Shown here: piece by piece, positions 36,701-48,545 of the stretch
Layout: each line of letters begins with the position of its first letter
How positions within the stretch are numbered: the stretch's first letter is position 1
Origin: Mobula birostris
Lineage: Eukaryota
Direction: 5' to 3'
DNA: 64,000 nt
Assembly (NCBI RefSeq): GCF_030028105.1
Contig: NC_092374.1
Coordinates: forward strand, 180,189,487 to 180,253,486
Notes under the pieces: generated by a model
The model's database searches: none
Told to the model about the DNA's origin: nothing
Seen by the model: the letters and a program-made list of their open reading frames with translations, nothing else
Translations under genes and position numbers: made by a program

Positions 36701-38489
36701 GGCCTTTATACTGCATTCTGTTATTGTTTTCCCTAGAACTATCGCAATGCACTATTGTAATTAAATTATTTGTATGGATGACATCCAAAACAAAGTTTTT
36801 CACTGTGCATTGGTACACATGACAATAACAAACCAATTATCTGCATGGAACAAGCTACAAGAGCAGGCTGCAGAGGTTAGTATAGTTGCTTAAATATTTT
36901 GGCCTCTGTATCTGAGGAAGGAGGTAGTGGCCTTGGAAAGTGTCCTGAGGAAGTTCACAAGAATGATCCAAGGAACGAAAGGCATAATAAATGAAGAGCA
37001 TTTGACATCTCTGAGCCTGTACTTGATGGAGTTCAGAAGGATGATGCAATGCCTGACTTCAAAAGGCAGCATCCATCCATCATTAAGGATGCCCATCACC
37101 CAGAACACACCCTCTTCTTGTTGTTACCATCAAGAAGGAGATACAGGAACATGAAGATGCGCACTCAACATTTCAGGAACAGCTCCTTCCCCTCTGCCAT
37201 CAGATGTCCGAATGGACAATGAAATCATGAACACTTCTTCAGTGTTATTATTTTAGCCCCCTTCTCTCTTTTCGCTACTTATTTAATTTACTATTTTATA
37301 TATACTTTAATTTATAGTTTTTATTGTGTATTGCAACGTACTGCTGCTGCAAAACAACAAATTTCTCAAAATATGCTGGTGATATTAAACCAGATTCTAA
37401 TGAAGGGATAATCTCATTGAACTCAACTGAACATTGAAAGGGGCTGGTTAGCATAAACGTACAGAGGGTGTCTTCAGTTGTGGGAGAGTTTAGGATCCGA
37501 GGGTACATCTGATGTACCTTTAGGACTGAGATGAGGAAGAATTTAATCAGCCAGAGGGTTGTGGATCTGAGGACTTTGTCGCCAGAGATGGCTCTGAAGA
37601 CCATGTCATAAGGCAGAGACTGATTGGTGGGGGAAGTTAGGGGGAAGAATTGGGATTGAAAAATCGGTCATGATTGAATGGCAGAGCAGACTCGATGGGT
37701 TGAGTGGCCTAATTTGCTTCTATAGCTTATGGCCTTATCTGAGGATCTGAGACAAATGCAAGCACAAGACATTGGTGAGATGACACCTGGAACATTATGT
37801 GTGGCTCTGCTTACTCTGCTCGAAGATGGATGTGGTTGAGTTAGGGAAGATGTGGAAGAGTTCCATCAGGGTGTTGCCTGGATTTGAGGTTTTGAGTTAC
37901 AAGGAGAGGCTGGGTAGGCGAGGACTTGAGAGACTGCAGTTTTTTTCTCTAAGGGGTACGACCTCAGATAGGAACATAAAATCAATTTCCAAGTTCAACT
38001 TCACCGTTGCCATCGGATTGTCAAACACACTCACGGTATTAAAAAGTAGTTTTTGCTGCATAAATTATACATGTTTAAAAATAACCAAAATGAACATAAA
38101 GATGCCAGTTGAGAAAATAAATTTTGTCTGAAGTCGATTTGAGGGTTCTCAGGTCAGTTCAAGAACCTGGCAGTAGTGGGGAGGGAGCTGTGTTGAACCC
38201 GGAGGTGGGAGGGCTCAGACTCCTGTATCTCTGAGGTGAGAGGCTCCAGACTCCTGTCTGATGGCGGCAGTGAGAAGAGGGCAGGGCCCAAATGGTGAGG
38301 GCGCCCGATCTCAGAAGCAACATGATGGTCACAGTCCTTTGGTCAGGGAAAGCTAGAGGGCACCGAAAGGTTTATAGGACCTGAGGGGCAACTTTTTCAT
38401 GCAGAGGATGGCTGGTAAATGGAAGGAGCTGCCAGAGGAAGTGGTAGAGGTGGGAACAATTACAATGATTAAAGGATATTTGGTGAGAT

Positions 38490-39350
38490 ATGTGGATAAG
38501 ATGTTTAGAAGCCACACACAGCTCCAATCTGCTGATCAAATTTGCAGATGACACGACATTGATAGGCCTTATTTCCAACAATGATGAGGCAGCCTACAGA
38601 AGAGAGGTCAACGTCCCGACACAGTGGTGCCAAGAAGACAACCTCTCCCTCAATGTCGAAATAACAAAGGAGCTGGTTGTGGACTACAGGAGGGATGGAG
38701 ACGAGCTAGCCCCTAATGGCATCAATGGGACTGTAGTTGAGAGGGTGAGTAGTTTCAAGTTCCTCGGTATATACATCACCGAGGATCTCACCTGGGCTGT
38801 ACACAATGGCTGTGTGGTGAAAAAAAGCACGACAGTGCCTCTTTCACCTCAGGCGGCTGAAGAAGTTTGGCATGAGTCCCCAAATCCTCAGGACTTTCTA
38901 CAGGGGCACCGTGGAGAGCATCCTGATTGGCTGTGTCTCTGCCTGGTACGGGAACTGTACTTCCCTCAATCACAGGGCACTGCTGAGAGTGGTGCGGACA
39001 GCCCAGTGCATCTGTGGATGTGAACTTTCCTCTGTGCAGGACACGTACAGCAGCAGGTGTGTAAAACGGGCCCGGAGGATCATTAGGAACTCCAGCCACC
39101 CCAACCACAAACTGTTTCAGCTGCTTCTGTCTGGCAAACGGTACCGCAGTATTAAGGTCAGGACCAAAGAAGCTCCTGGACAGCTTCTATCACCAAGCCA
39201 TCAGGTTTATCAACACACATTGATCTGATTGCATATCTGACTGCACATACATGTATACAGAACAATTATGTATACAATGTTAGTATCTGGGCAATATCCT
39301 CCCACACTTCCCTCTTTATTGCTTGTACATAGCGATGGAGATGCAACGTA
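38490..39350 (+). mobile_element. Rex1/Babar RT 3' fragment
   Basis: IKFADDTTLIGLIS...FKFLG...FYRGTVESIL. Confidence 0.85.
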
Positions 39351-39944
39351 AAGATCTTTACTCCCTCATGCTGTAAGATGAATGTAAGAAATAAAACTCG
39401 ATTGCCTATTGTTGCTGTGCTGTATTACTCCGACTCAATACCACATTAACCTATTTGGTCTCACCCTGTCTGAAGTATTTCCTCTGTCCTCCCAATCCCT
39501 ACTTTACAAGAAATTCTTCGTCACAGGGCTAGCTCAGAAATGGGCCCTTGGACTCACTGGGTCCACCTTAACCATCAATAAATATCCCATTTCAGAATCA
39601 GGATTATAATCGTTGAGATAGGTTGTGAAATTTATTGTTTGTGGCAGCAGTACTGTGCAAGATATAACAAATTACTATATTATATAAATTACTAAGCATT
39701 ATAAGTTATAATAAAATAAATAAAGAAATAATGCAAAAAGGTAATAACTCTCCCTCCTACGATCCTGTGTATTGGTGACTCCATATGAGGCAGTGGTGCA
39801 ACCAATCAGAATGCTCACATCTGCAGAAATTTGGTAGAGCCTTTGGTGGTACATCAAATCTCAAATTCAAGTTCAACTTCAAGTTTATCATCATTCAACC
39901 ACACACCAAGTGAAACAACATTCTTCAAGACCAAGGTACACATA

Positions 39945-40830
39945 CAGTGGTACGCAAAAGTTTGGGCACCCCTGATCAAAATTTCTGTTACTGTGAATAG
40001 CTAAGAGAGTAAAAGATGAACTGATTTCCAAAAGGCATAAAGTTAAAGCTGACACACTTCTTTAATATTTTAAGCAAGAAAACTTTTTTATTTCCACCTT
40101 TTACAGTTTCAAAATAACAAAAAAGGAAAAGGGCCCGAAGCAAAAGTTTGGGCACCCTGCATGGTAGTACTTAGTAACACCCCCTTTGGCAAGTATCACA
40201 GTTTGTAAGCGCTTTTTGTAGCCAGCTAAGAGTCTTTCAATTCTTGTTTGGGGGATTTTCACCCATTCTTCCTTGCAAAAGGCTTCTAGTTCTGAGAGAT
40301 TCTTGGGCTGTCTTGCATGCACAGCTCTTTTGAGGTCTATCCACAGATTCTCGATGATGTTTAGGTAGGAGGACTGTGAGGGCCATGGCAAAACCTTCAG
40401 CTTGCTCCTCTTGAGGTAGTCCATTGTGGATTTTGAGGTGTGTTTAGCTTCATTATACTGTTGTAGAAGCCATCCTCTTTTCATCTTCTGCTTTTTTATA
40501 CACGGTGTAATGTTCACTTCCAGAATTTGCAGGTATGTAATTGAATTCATTCTTCCCTCTATCAGTGAAATGTTCCCTGTGCCACTGGCTGCAACACAAG
40601 CCCAAAGCATGATTGATCCACCCCTGTGCTTAACAGCTGGAGAGGGGTTCTTTTCATGAAATTCTGCACCCTTTTTTCTCCAAACATACCTTTGCTCATT
40701 GCAGCCAAAAAGTTCTATTCAAAAGGTTCAAAGGAACATCTAAACAAGTCTGATGCATTTTGGAAACAAGTCCTGTGGACTGATGAAGTTAAAATAGAAC
40801 TTTTTAGCTGCAATGAGCAAAGGTATGTTT
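39945..40830 (-). mobile_element. Tc1-like transposon, truncated (IR/DR type)
   Basis: TA|CAGTGG end. The inner DR caaaagtttgggcacc is repeated at ~39955 and ~40141. ORF 40101-40610 contains WPSQSSYLNIIENLW (Tc1 DDE C-terminus). Confidence 0.9.
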
Positions 40831-40834
40831 TGGG

Positions 40835-41320
40835 AGTGTTCCATGGTTCATCCATTTTGGTGTAAAGTTCTTGATCTGTTGGGGAACTGGTCGGGTTCCA
40901 CACTGCCCTTGTGCCCACGGCTTTGTCTCTTGGGTGATAGGACAATGATACCTAATGTAAACAATGACATATTTACTATTTTAAAGGTGGGTCTCATCAC
41001 AGTTGCAAGAATTATATTGCAAAACTGGAAAAAACCCAGATGTCCCACTGTGAAGGAATGGACTGAGGAAATGATTAAGATTTCATCATATGATCACGTG
41101 TTGGAAAGAATTAACAGTGAGGGAAAAGTGCAAGATGCGTGGGATCAATTTTGGTTGTATGTTAATTTAAACTTGAATTAGAACTTCTTTCTGTCTCTAA
41201 GTTTTATTTGTTTTCCATCATGGGATGGCTGTGTAAATATGCTGTACTGTATCTGCTCTGTGCTATGCTGTGCTGCTTTGTAAAATAAGAATAAATAATA
41301 ATAAAAATTGGAATTAAAAA
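40835..41320 (+). mobile_element. L1/Tx1-type 3' fragment
   Basis: ARIILQNWKKPRCPTVKEW ORF2 C-terminus with an A-rich tail. Confidence 0.7.
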
Positions 41321-42335
41321 AATGTTCAGGGGGTATTGTATGTCTGTGGAAAAGGAAAATGTGGCATCAATGGATACCATAGAGGTGTTTCAGGACCGTT
41401 GGGCACTGCAGGGGTTAAATCCCATCCTTGTAGAGGATGGGAATGTATTAGTTTGGTCTGTGCTAGTCATGATTTGTTTGGTTTTTGTTTGTAATATGAT
41501 TGTACAAACTGTAATGGTTTAAATTTATAATAAATGTATTTTTGTAAAAAAAGGGGACTGTTGCTTTTCCTTCCAAATTCCACAATGCATTTCGTGGTCT
41601 TGCTAATGTTAAACACAAGGTTGTTGTTTTGACACCACTCAACTAGCCAATCTATCTCACTCCTTGTCACAATCTATGATTCTGCCAACAACACTTGTAC
41701 CATTGGTAAGTTTATAGATGGTGTTTAAGCTGTGCCTAGTCGTGAATATAGAGAGAACAGCGCAGCAGTCGAAGGACACATCCACCTCAAAATCCTAATG
41801 AAGTCCAGCCAGTGGCATGCCTTTGTCGTAACTGCACCGACGTGTGGGCCAGGGCCCAGGATAGATTCTCTAAGACATCGATGCCCAGGAACTGGAATTG
41901 CACTCAGCCTGTATTTTGGTTCTCTGCACATCTCCGTCACCTCTCCCCAGACTCTCGCCCACATCCACACACTCAGGGCAATTCACGGCAGACAATGATC
42001 CCACTAACCCTCAGGGATGTGGGAGGAGCATTGTTCTGCACTCTGTCACTGCTTTTCCAATGTACAACCTCAGTGTAGTTACGTATGGAATGATCTGAAT
42101 GGTATGCAAACACAGGTTTTTCACTGTACGTGTGGGAATATTAAACCAATCAGCAATTGGACCAGGTGGGGAATGTTAATGACATCAGGATGGAGCTGGA
42201 GACCAACAGCTGCTCCCTTCAGTCCACATCGGATCTCGAGGGAAGCACAGAGCATTCCTCTGATTGGGTTCACTCATTTATCAAACACAGTATCAAAGAG
42301 ATTAGGGCTAAGGCTTCATCTTCAGAGCATTCTCC

Positions 42336-42642
42336 GTGTTCTTCTACCTGGAGACTGGTTATACACTTCTTTTGATGATGTTTCTGATTGGGGTGCAAGC
42401 CCCCTCATCGGTTACAGTACCCGGTTAATTTCACTTCCTCGGTGGATCCAGGTTCTGGAGATGGAGGAGGTACGCTCTCTAGCAGTGGGGTCGACAATGT
42501 CGGGGGGGGGGGTGGTGGTTCTCTGTTAGCAGGTGACGGTGACAGATGGGATGAGGCACTCCGCTAGCTGGTGACGGTGACAGATGGGGTGAAGCTCTGA
42601 GCCTCAGTGTGTGTTGGGGAAAGGGGTGGTTTCCCTCAGACA
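42336..42642 (+). pseudogene. Orphan paralogous MHC class I promoter, decayed leader and intron-1 start
   Basis: 25/29 identity to the X box at 8389-8417 (opposite strand), a 16/16 tgatgtttctgattgg Y-box block and a 13/16 ISRE block. ATG at 42461 with an in-frame TAG at 42527-42529. 42615-42642 resembles 8150-8176. No class I domain exon follows. Confidence 0.75.
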
Positions 42643-42869
42643 GTGATTTGGGGAGGGGGGTGTTGGGTGGGTCAGTGTCAAGGTGAGTAAGGTGGAGTGA
42701 CAGGGCTCAGGAATGGGGCCAGGGAGATCAAGATGGAGCTGGAGACCAGGGCTTGGGTGTGGGTGTTAGTGCAAGAGGATGTGGGGTCGGTTTAGTGAAT
42801 CAGGGCTCCTGTCTAAAGTACAGGACTATAAATCTATATCTCCTTCCGGTAAAAAAAATCCCTCTCATC

Positions 42870-43200
42870 CCCTCTTTTTCTATTCCCCATTCTGGCCTCT
42901 TACCACTTCTCACCTGCCTATCACTTCCCCCTCAGTTCTCTCCTACTTCCCTTCCTCCTATGATCCACCCTCCTCTCCTCTCCTATCAGATTTCTTCCTC
43001 TCCAGCCCATTACTTTTCCCTCCCACATGGATTCACCTATCACCTTCTAGCTCTCCTCCTTTCCCTCCCGCCACTATCTTATTCTGTCGTCTTCCCCCTT
43101 CCTTTCCAGTCCTGATGAAGGGTCTCGGCCTGAAATGTCGACTGTTTATTCATCTCCAGAGGTCTGCTGAGTTCCTCCGGCATTCTGTGTGTGTTGTCTT
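42870..43200 (+). mobile_element. Penelope-like terminal repeat
   Basis: 'ctttccagtcctgatgaagggtctcggcc...gagttcctccggcattctgtgtgtgttg'. Confidence 0.8.
43107..43144 (+). ncRNA. Minimal type I hammerhead ribozyme motif (Penelope)
   Basis: CAGTC-CTGATGA-AGGGTCTCGGCCT-GAAA-T-GTC-GACTG. Confidence 0.6.
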
Positions 43201-43622
43201 TGGGACCTCCAGACGCAATTAGTCTGCCTTCACTCAATCTTGCCTCGTTCTGATGAAGGGTTATTGTCCTGAACTATGATCCCATTCCCCTCTGCACAGA
43301 TACTGCCTGATCTAGGAGTATCCACTATGTTTTATCTCGCTGTCCCTGACTTGTGGTGGGTGGATCTAATGGGCTTCCCTAGGAGTGGGGCGAGGAGGCT
43401 GCTGAAGTTTACTGTGGAGAGCTGGTGATGGGAGGGAAGGGATTGCTGGGGGAAGTGGAGGAGGAGAGAAAGGGTCTGAGGGAGGGGAGGGGATTGAGGC
43501 GGTGGGCAGGAACTGTGAGGGGAAAGGGTGTAGTTGACACTGGGCCTGATCGTCTGCTTAACTCTGACATGACCAGTTTCTGTCCCTCGGTGATCTGAGA
43601 GGGCAAGAAACTCTCAGAGGAG

Positions 43623-44183
43623 GATGATTGCATTTCTTACATTAATGGCTAGAAGATCCATTTTACTGAATTGGAAAGAGATCAATCCTCCCACCACATT
43701 TCATTGGTTCTCTCAAACTATGTTGTGTTTAAATTTAGAAAAAATTAGAAGTATCATTTATGATCCTTCTATTAAATTTGAAAAGGCGGAAGCCATTTAT
43801 TCAACACTTCCATATGATGTAATTTGGCCTTTTCCAAAGCTATTCTATTTCTTTTAAAAATATACAGACAGGAGTGGAGTCAATGACATTAATGGTTCTT
43901 TTTGATGTTATACAACAGCCCATGTCTTTTCCTTTTCCTTAGTTGAGCATTGTTAGATTAGTTTATTTTTGGGGGTATTTTTATTTTTTTCCTTCTTCAT
44001 GCTATTTCTGTTTTTTTTTGTTTATTATATTTGTATTTTGTATGATTTTGGGAGGTTTTAATACCTGTGTGCCAAGTGAGTTTATATTTATATATGTTAA
44101 TTATTAACAATGTAATCCTAATAACTTTGTATTAATACTATGTTATGTTTAACATTTTGATATTAATAAAAGGATTGAAAAAG
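43623..44183 (+). mobile_element. 5'-truncated L1 with an 18-bp TSD
   Basis: TSD AAGAAACTCTCAGAGGAG at 43605-43622 and 44184-44201. IAFLTLMARRSILLNWK...LNLEKIR is an ORF2 C-terminus. Confidence 0.9.
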
Positions 44184-44974
44184 AAGAAACTCTCAGAGGA
44201 GAGAACCGAGAGTCTCTGGGAATCATTCAGATCATCATTCCTTGACAACCCCTCCAGATATGTCAGTTCCATCAGCTCTCACAAACTGCAGCTGCTGTAC
44301 CTACCTGCCCTGCCATTGTTGGCTTAACCGTTGTGGATATTTGAGCTGTGTTTAACTCTCCATATTCAGTTGAAGTTTCTAATTCAACAAATCATGCCAC
44401 CAGTCCACATGTTAATCCTCCCTTCATGCTGTACTGAACCAAATGGAATTAGTCCTCTCTCTATTTTCTCTCTCTCTGTCTGTCTCCACTCTCTCCCTTC
44501 CCCACCTCCACAGGTTTTGTTTTCTTACCTTTCCCAATTCTGATGGAGGGTCATTCACTTGAAACATTAACCATTTCCTGCCCCAGTGCCTGCCACAGAC
44601 AATGTACTGATCCCTCAGAGTGCCATTCATAAACAAATTGAAATTTTGTAACTATTTCCCAATGATTCAATGTGTACAACTCAATAAAGTTTTGGTATCA
44701 ATGCTGTTGTTTCTTGGTGCTGTGTCGTTGATTGGACTGTTCATAGTTTGAAACCTTTACCAAAGAAACATCTAAGGCCCACAATTCTCCATTGAAAGAA
44801 TTCACCTGCACTGACAGAGAGGGAAGACCTTGAAAGTGGGGCAATGGAAGTTGGGTGTGGATGCTAGGGCAAGAGGATGTGGGGAGGGGGGATTGCTCTG
44901 AGAGCCAGCAGAGACTTGGTAGGCTGAGTGGCCTTATCTATGTCATGGGGAACTTGTGGACAAAGTGATACAGC

Positions 44975-45200
44975 AAGTCGATCCGCCACCTCACAGTTCC
45001 AGAGACAGTTTGATCCCGAGCTCTGGTGCTGTCTGTGTGGACTTTACATTGTCCTTGACACTGCCTGGGGGCTGTGGGTTCCTCCCACGTCCCAAAGACA
45101 ATGCAGGTTGGTGGGTTACTCGACTGCTCTAAATTGCCCCCTAGTGTGCGGGTGAGGGGTGGAATCTAGTGGGGAGATGATGGGAATGTGGGGAGGGTGG
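44975..45200 (+). mobile_element. V-SINE/HE1-like SINE
   Basis: 'ggttcctcccacgtcccaaagac...taaattgcccctagtgtg'. Confidence 0.65.
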
Positions 45201-45685
45201 CTTACAGGGAAATATTGAAATGAATGGGATTGCTCAGAGCAAGGTTGGCATCAATGGATCAAATGGCCTACCTCTGTGCCAAGAGGAAATGTGGGAAGCC
45301 AGGTTCGCGGCGTGGAACAGACCGAGTCGGGGGTGTGCTGTGAGCTGGTTTAGCCCAGAGACAGGGCCTCGGTGTATCGTAGATGGGGTAAGGGGTAGTG
45401 GGTGTGTCTGTGTGCCCTGTTCCAGGAATCCTCACTCACACAGCACACCCCCTCTCCTGTAGCAACAGCAGGGAGAGGGCACAAGGCAGGTTAGGGGAGG
45501 TGACTGGAGGTCTTCCTCACCTTCTCTGGAGGTCTCACAGCAACTGTACACTGACATCTGCCTCCCTCCAACAGCGCCCATCAACCCGGGGATCTTTCTG
45601 TGCCTAAAATGTCACACCGTAGCTAGTGACTGTATGGCTGATGCTGGTCAGGGGTGTGCAGAGGAACCTGGAGTAAAAACAAGTA

Positions 45686-46400
45686 AGAGAGGAGGAGAGT
45701 GTGGTGAAGAGGGGTGAAGGGGGGGAGAGGGGATAGAGAGTGGGGAGAGGGCTTGGGGAGCAGGGAGAAAGGTTAAGGAGAAGAGGGAGAGAGAGGGGGA
45801 GAAGGTGGAGGGGAGAGAGGGATGAAGGAGGAAAGAGGGGATAGAGAGAGGGAGATACAAAGAGAGAGGAGGAGAGAGGTGAAGGGTGAAGAGAGAGTAA
45901 GAGGGGAAGTGGGGAGAGAGGTTGGATGAGTGGGGGAGAAAGAAGAGGGGAGGGAGAGAGAGAGGAGAAGGGGAGAGGGGAGAGGGGGAGGGGGAGAGGG
46001 GGAGGGGAGCAATGAGGTGGGAGAGGAGGGGGAGGTGGGGTAGGGGAAAGGGGGAGGGGAGGGGAGGGGGAGAAAAAGACAGAGAGAGAATCTGTAGAAG
46101 TTGTGTGTGAGAGGGAGGATTGTGAAAGCAGGGGTAGAAATATGTGGAAGATGGAGATAGTGTGTGTGAGAGTTTGTGAGTGAAGGAGGGTCAGAGAGTA
46201 TTACAGAGAAAGTGAGGTATCTCATGTGAAAGAGAAAGAGATAGAGCGAGGGAGTGTGAGAAAGAGAGAGAAGAAGGGTATCAGAGGGAAAGAGAGAAAG
46301 ACTGTTTCAGATGGAGACAGTGTGTGTCAGTGAGAATGTGTGAGGGAGTGAGAGTGATGGGGTGTGAGGGTGATAGATTGAGGTATCACAAGTGAGAGTC
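45686..46400. repeat. Polypurine (GA/G-rich) low-complexity tract
   Basis: Direct reading. Many GGG(G) runs, so G4/H-DNA potential. Confidence 0.9.
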
Positions 46401-46924
46401 TGTGCATGAGATCCCTCTGAATCTAATCTTGAGTGAGTGCAGGTGGAACGGACCCAGTCTCTCCCCATACGTCAGCCTTCTCAAGGGTCAGTCATGGTGA
46501 ACAATTCCTGCACTCTCTCCATAGCAAAAACATCTTTCCTTGGATAAGGAGACCTGGACTGCACACACAGATTGCAATGGGGTTTCCCCAGGGCCCTGTA
46601 CAGCTGCAGTAAGCATCCCGGCTCCTGGCTGCAAATCCTCATCTAAAGAAACAATACATACCATTTCCTTCTGTAACAACCTGCTACCTCTGAACACATC
46701 CACCCAGTGACCCAGGTCCCACCACGCCCAGATCCCATTCCACCTGCCCTCCTTCCATCATCAATCAGCTAATATTTGCCTTTCTGCCTTAATAAAACCA
46801 AAGTAGTAAACCTCACATTTGCATCTGCCTTGTTTTTGTTCACATACCGTAAATTACACAGGAACCTTTTTACATAATTCTCACAGTTCACCGTTTCACC
46901 TGTGCATGTCAATGTTTCCTCTAA

Positions 46925-46944
46925 GGTGGGGTGGGTGGGTGGGT

Positions 46945-47007
<63 letters not shown>

Positions 47008-47374
47008 CGCAAACTTTTCCTACTAACACACAAAAGAATTTAAACTGCACACAAAATGTTGTCACTCTCTACCTCGTTGGCATATTAAGCATATTTCACG
47101 ATTGTACACAATCACATTTCTTTTTCTGATTTCTGCTGCGGATGGTATTAACAAGGTGGAGTTTGCGATGATTTGTCTGCAGATTTTAGAACTGGCTTAT
47201 TTATACTGTTTTTATTGGGAGAAAAAAATTATTCAGTGCACATGTGTCGTTGTCACTGGGCAAAAAAATTGTACAGCACAAGATTTTTGCGCACACTGGT
47301 CATTACAAATTAGAGGGAATGTTGGTGTGTGTGCGTGTGCACTGGTATGTGTTGGTGTGATTATGCTGGCATTG

Positions 47375-47460
<86 letters not shown>
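46925..47460. repeat. Two (GT)n microsatellites (~46947-47000 and ~47376-47460)
   Basis: Direct reading. Confidence 0.95.
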
Positions 47461-47465
<5 letters not shown>

Positions 47466-47796
47466 CCGTTTGTCTATGGATACCTAGCCAACAACACTAC
47501 CTATGCCAGGCCACCCTTTATCGATTATAGCCTGGTGTTCAACAAACATGAGAAAATCTGTAGATCCTGGAAATCCAAAGCAACACACACAAAATGATGG
47601 AGGAACTCAGCAGGCCAGGCGGCATCTATGGAAAAGAGTGAATAGTCAATGTCTTGGGCCGAGACCCTTTAGCAGGACTGGAAAAGAAGTGGGAAGAAGT
47701 CAGCTTAAGAAAGTGGGGGGAGGAAAGGAAGAAGTACAAAGTGATAGGTGATAGGTGAAACTGAGAGAGGGGAAGGGGTGAAAGACTAAGGAGCTG

Positions 47797-48545
47797 GTGG
47801 TAGACCTGAGGAGAGCTAAGATACCGGTGACCCCTGTTTCCATCCAGAAGGTCAGTGTGGACATCGTGGAGGATTACAAATACCTGGGGATAATAATTGG
47901 CAATAAACTGGACTGGTCAAAGAACACTGAGGCTGTCTACAAGAAGGGTCAGAGCCGTCTCTATTTCCTGAGGAAACTGAGGTCCTTTAACATCTGCCGG
48001 ACGATGCTGAGGATGTTCTACGAGTCTGTGGTGGCCAGTGCGATCATGTTTGCTGTTGTGTGCTGGGGCAGCAGGCTGAGGGTGGCAGACACCAACAGAA
48101 TCAACAAACTCATTCCTAAGGCCAGTGATGTTGTGGGGATGGAACTGGACTCCCTGACGGTGGTGTCTGAAAAGAGGATGCTGTCTAAGTTGCATGCCAT
48201 CTTGGTCAATGTCTCCCATCCACTACATAATGTACTGGGTGGGCACAGGAGTACATTCATCCAGAGACTCATTCCACCGAGATGCAACACAGAGCGTCAT
48301 AGGAAGTCATTCCTACCTGTGGCCATCAAACTTTACAACTCCTCCCTTGGAGGGTCAGACACCCTGAGCCAATAGGCTGGTCATGGACTTATTTCATAAT
48401 TTACTGGCATAATTTACATATTACTATTTAACTATTTATGGTTCTATTACTATTTATTATTTATAGTGCAACTGTAACGAAAACCAATTTCCCCCGGGAT
48501 CAATAAAGTATGACTATGACTATGACTATGACTATGACTACAACT
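47797..48545 (+). mobile_element. Rex1/Babar 3' end with a (TATGAC)n tail, inserted in a Penelope fragment
   Basis: YKYLG..NKLDWSKNT..KKGQSRLYFLRKLRSF. Penelope sequence flanks it on both sides (47545-47795 and 48545-48900). Confidence 0.85.

Noticed and set aside
44270-44400. Plus-strand SSHKLQLLY...STNH as a decayed alpha1 of the orphan promoter
   Set aside because: Only short word matches. The spacing is ~110 nt rather than ~250, the acceptor phase is wrong and the VGYVD core is absent. Needs a profile search to rescue.
45612-45645. CACACC...TATGGCTG as an alpha2 start (HTxxxxYGC)
   Set aside because: Out of frame, no acceptor, and no following YDG/W motifs.
45773-46225. Long Pro/Ser/Leu-rich ORF (likewise 6861-7451, 46769-47597, 50990-51574)
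   Set aside because: Products of microsatellite, low-complexity or N-gap sequence that lacks stop codons.
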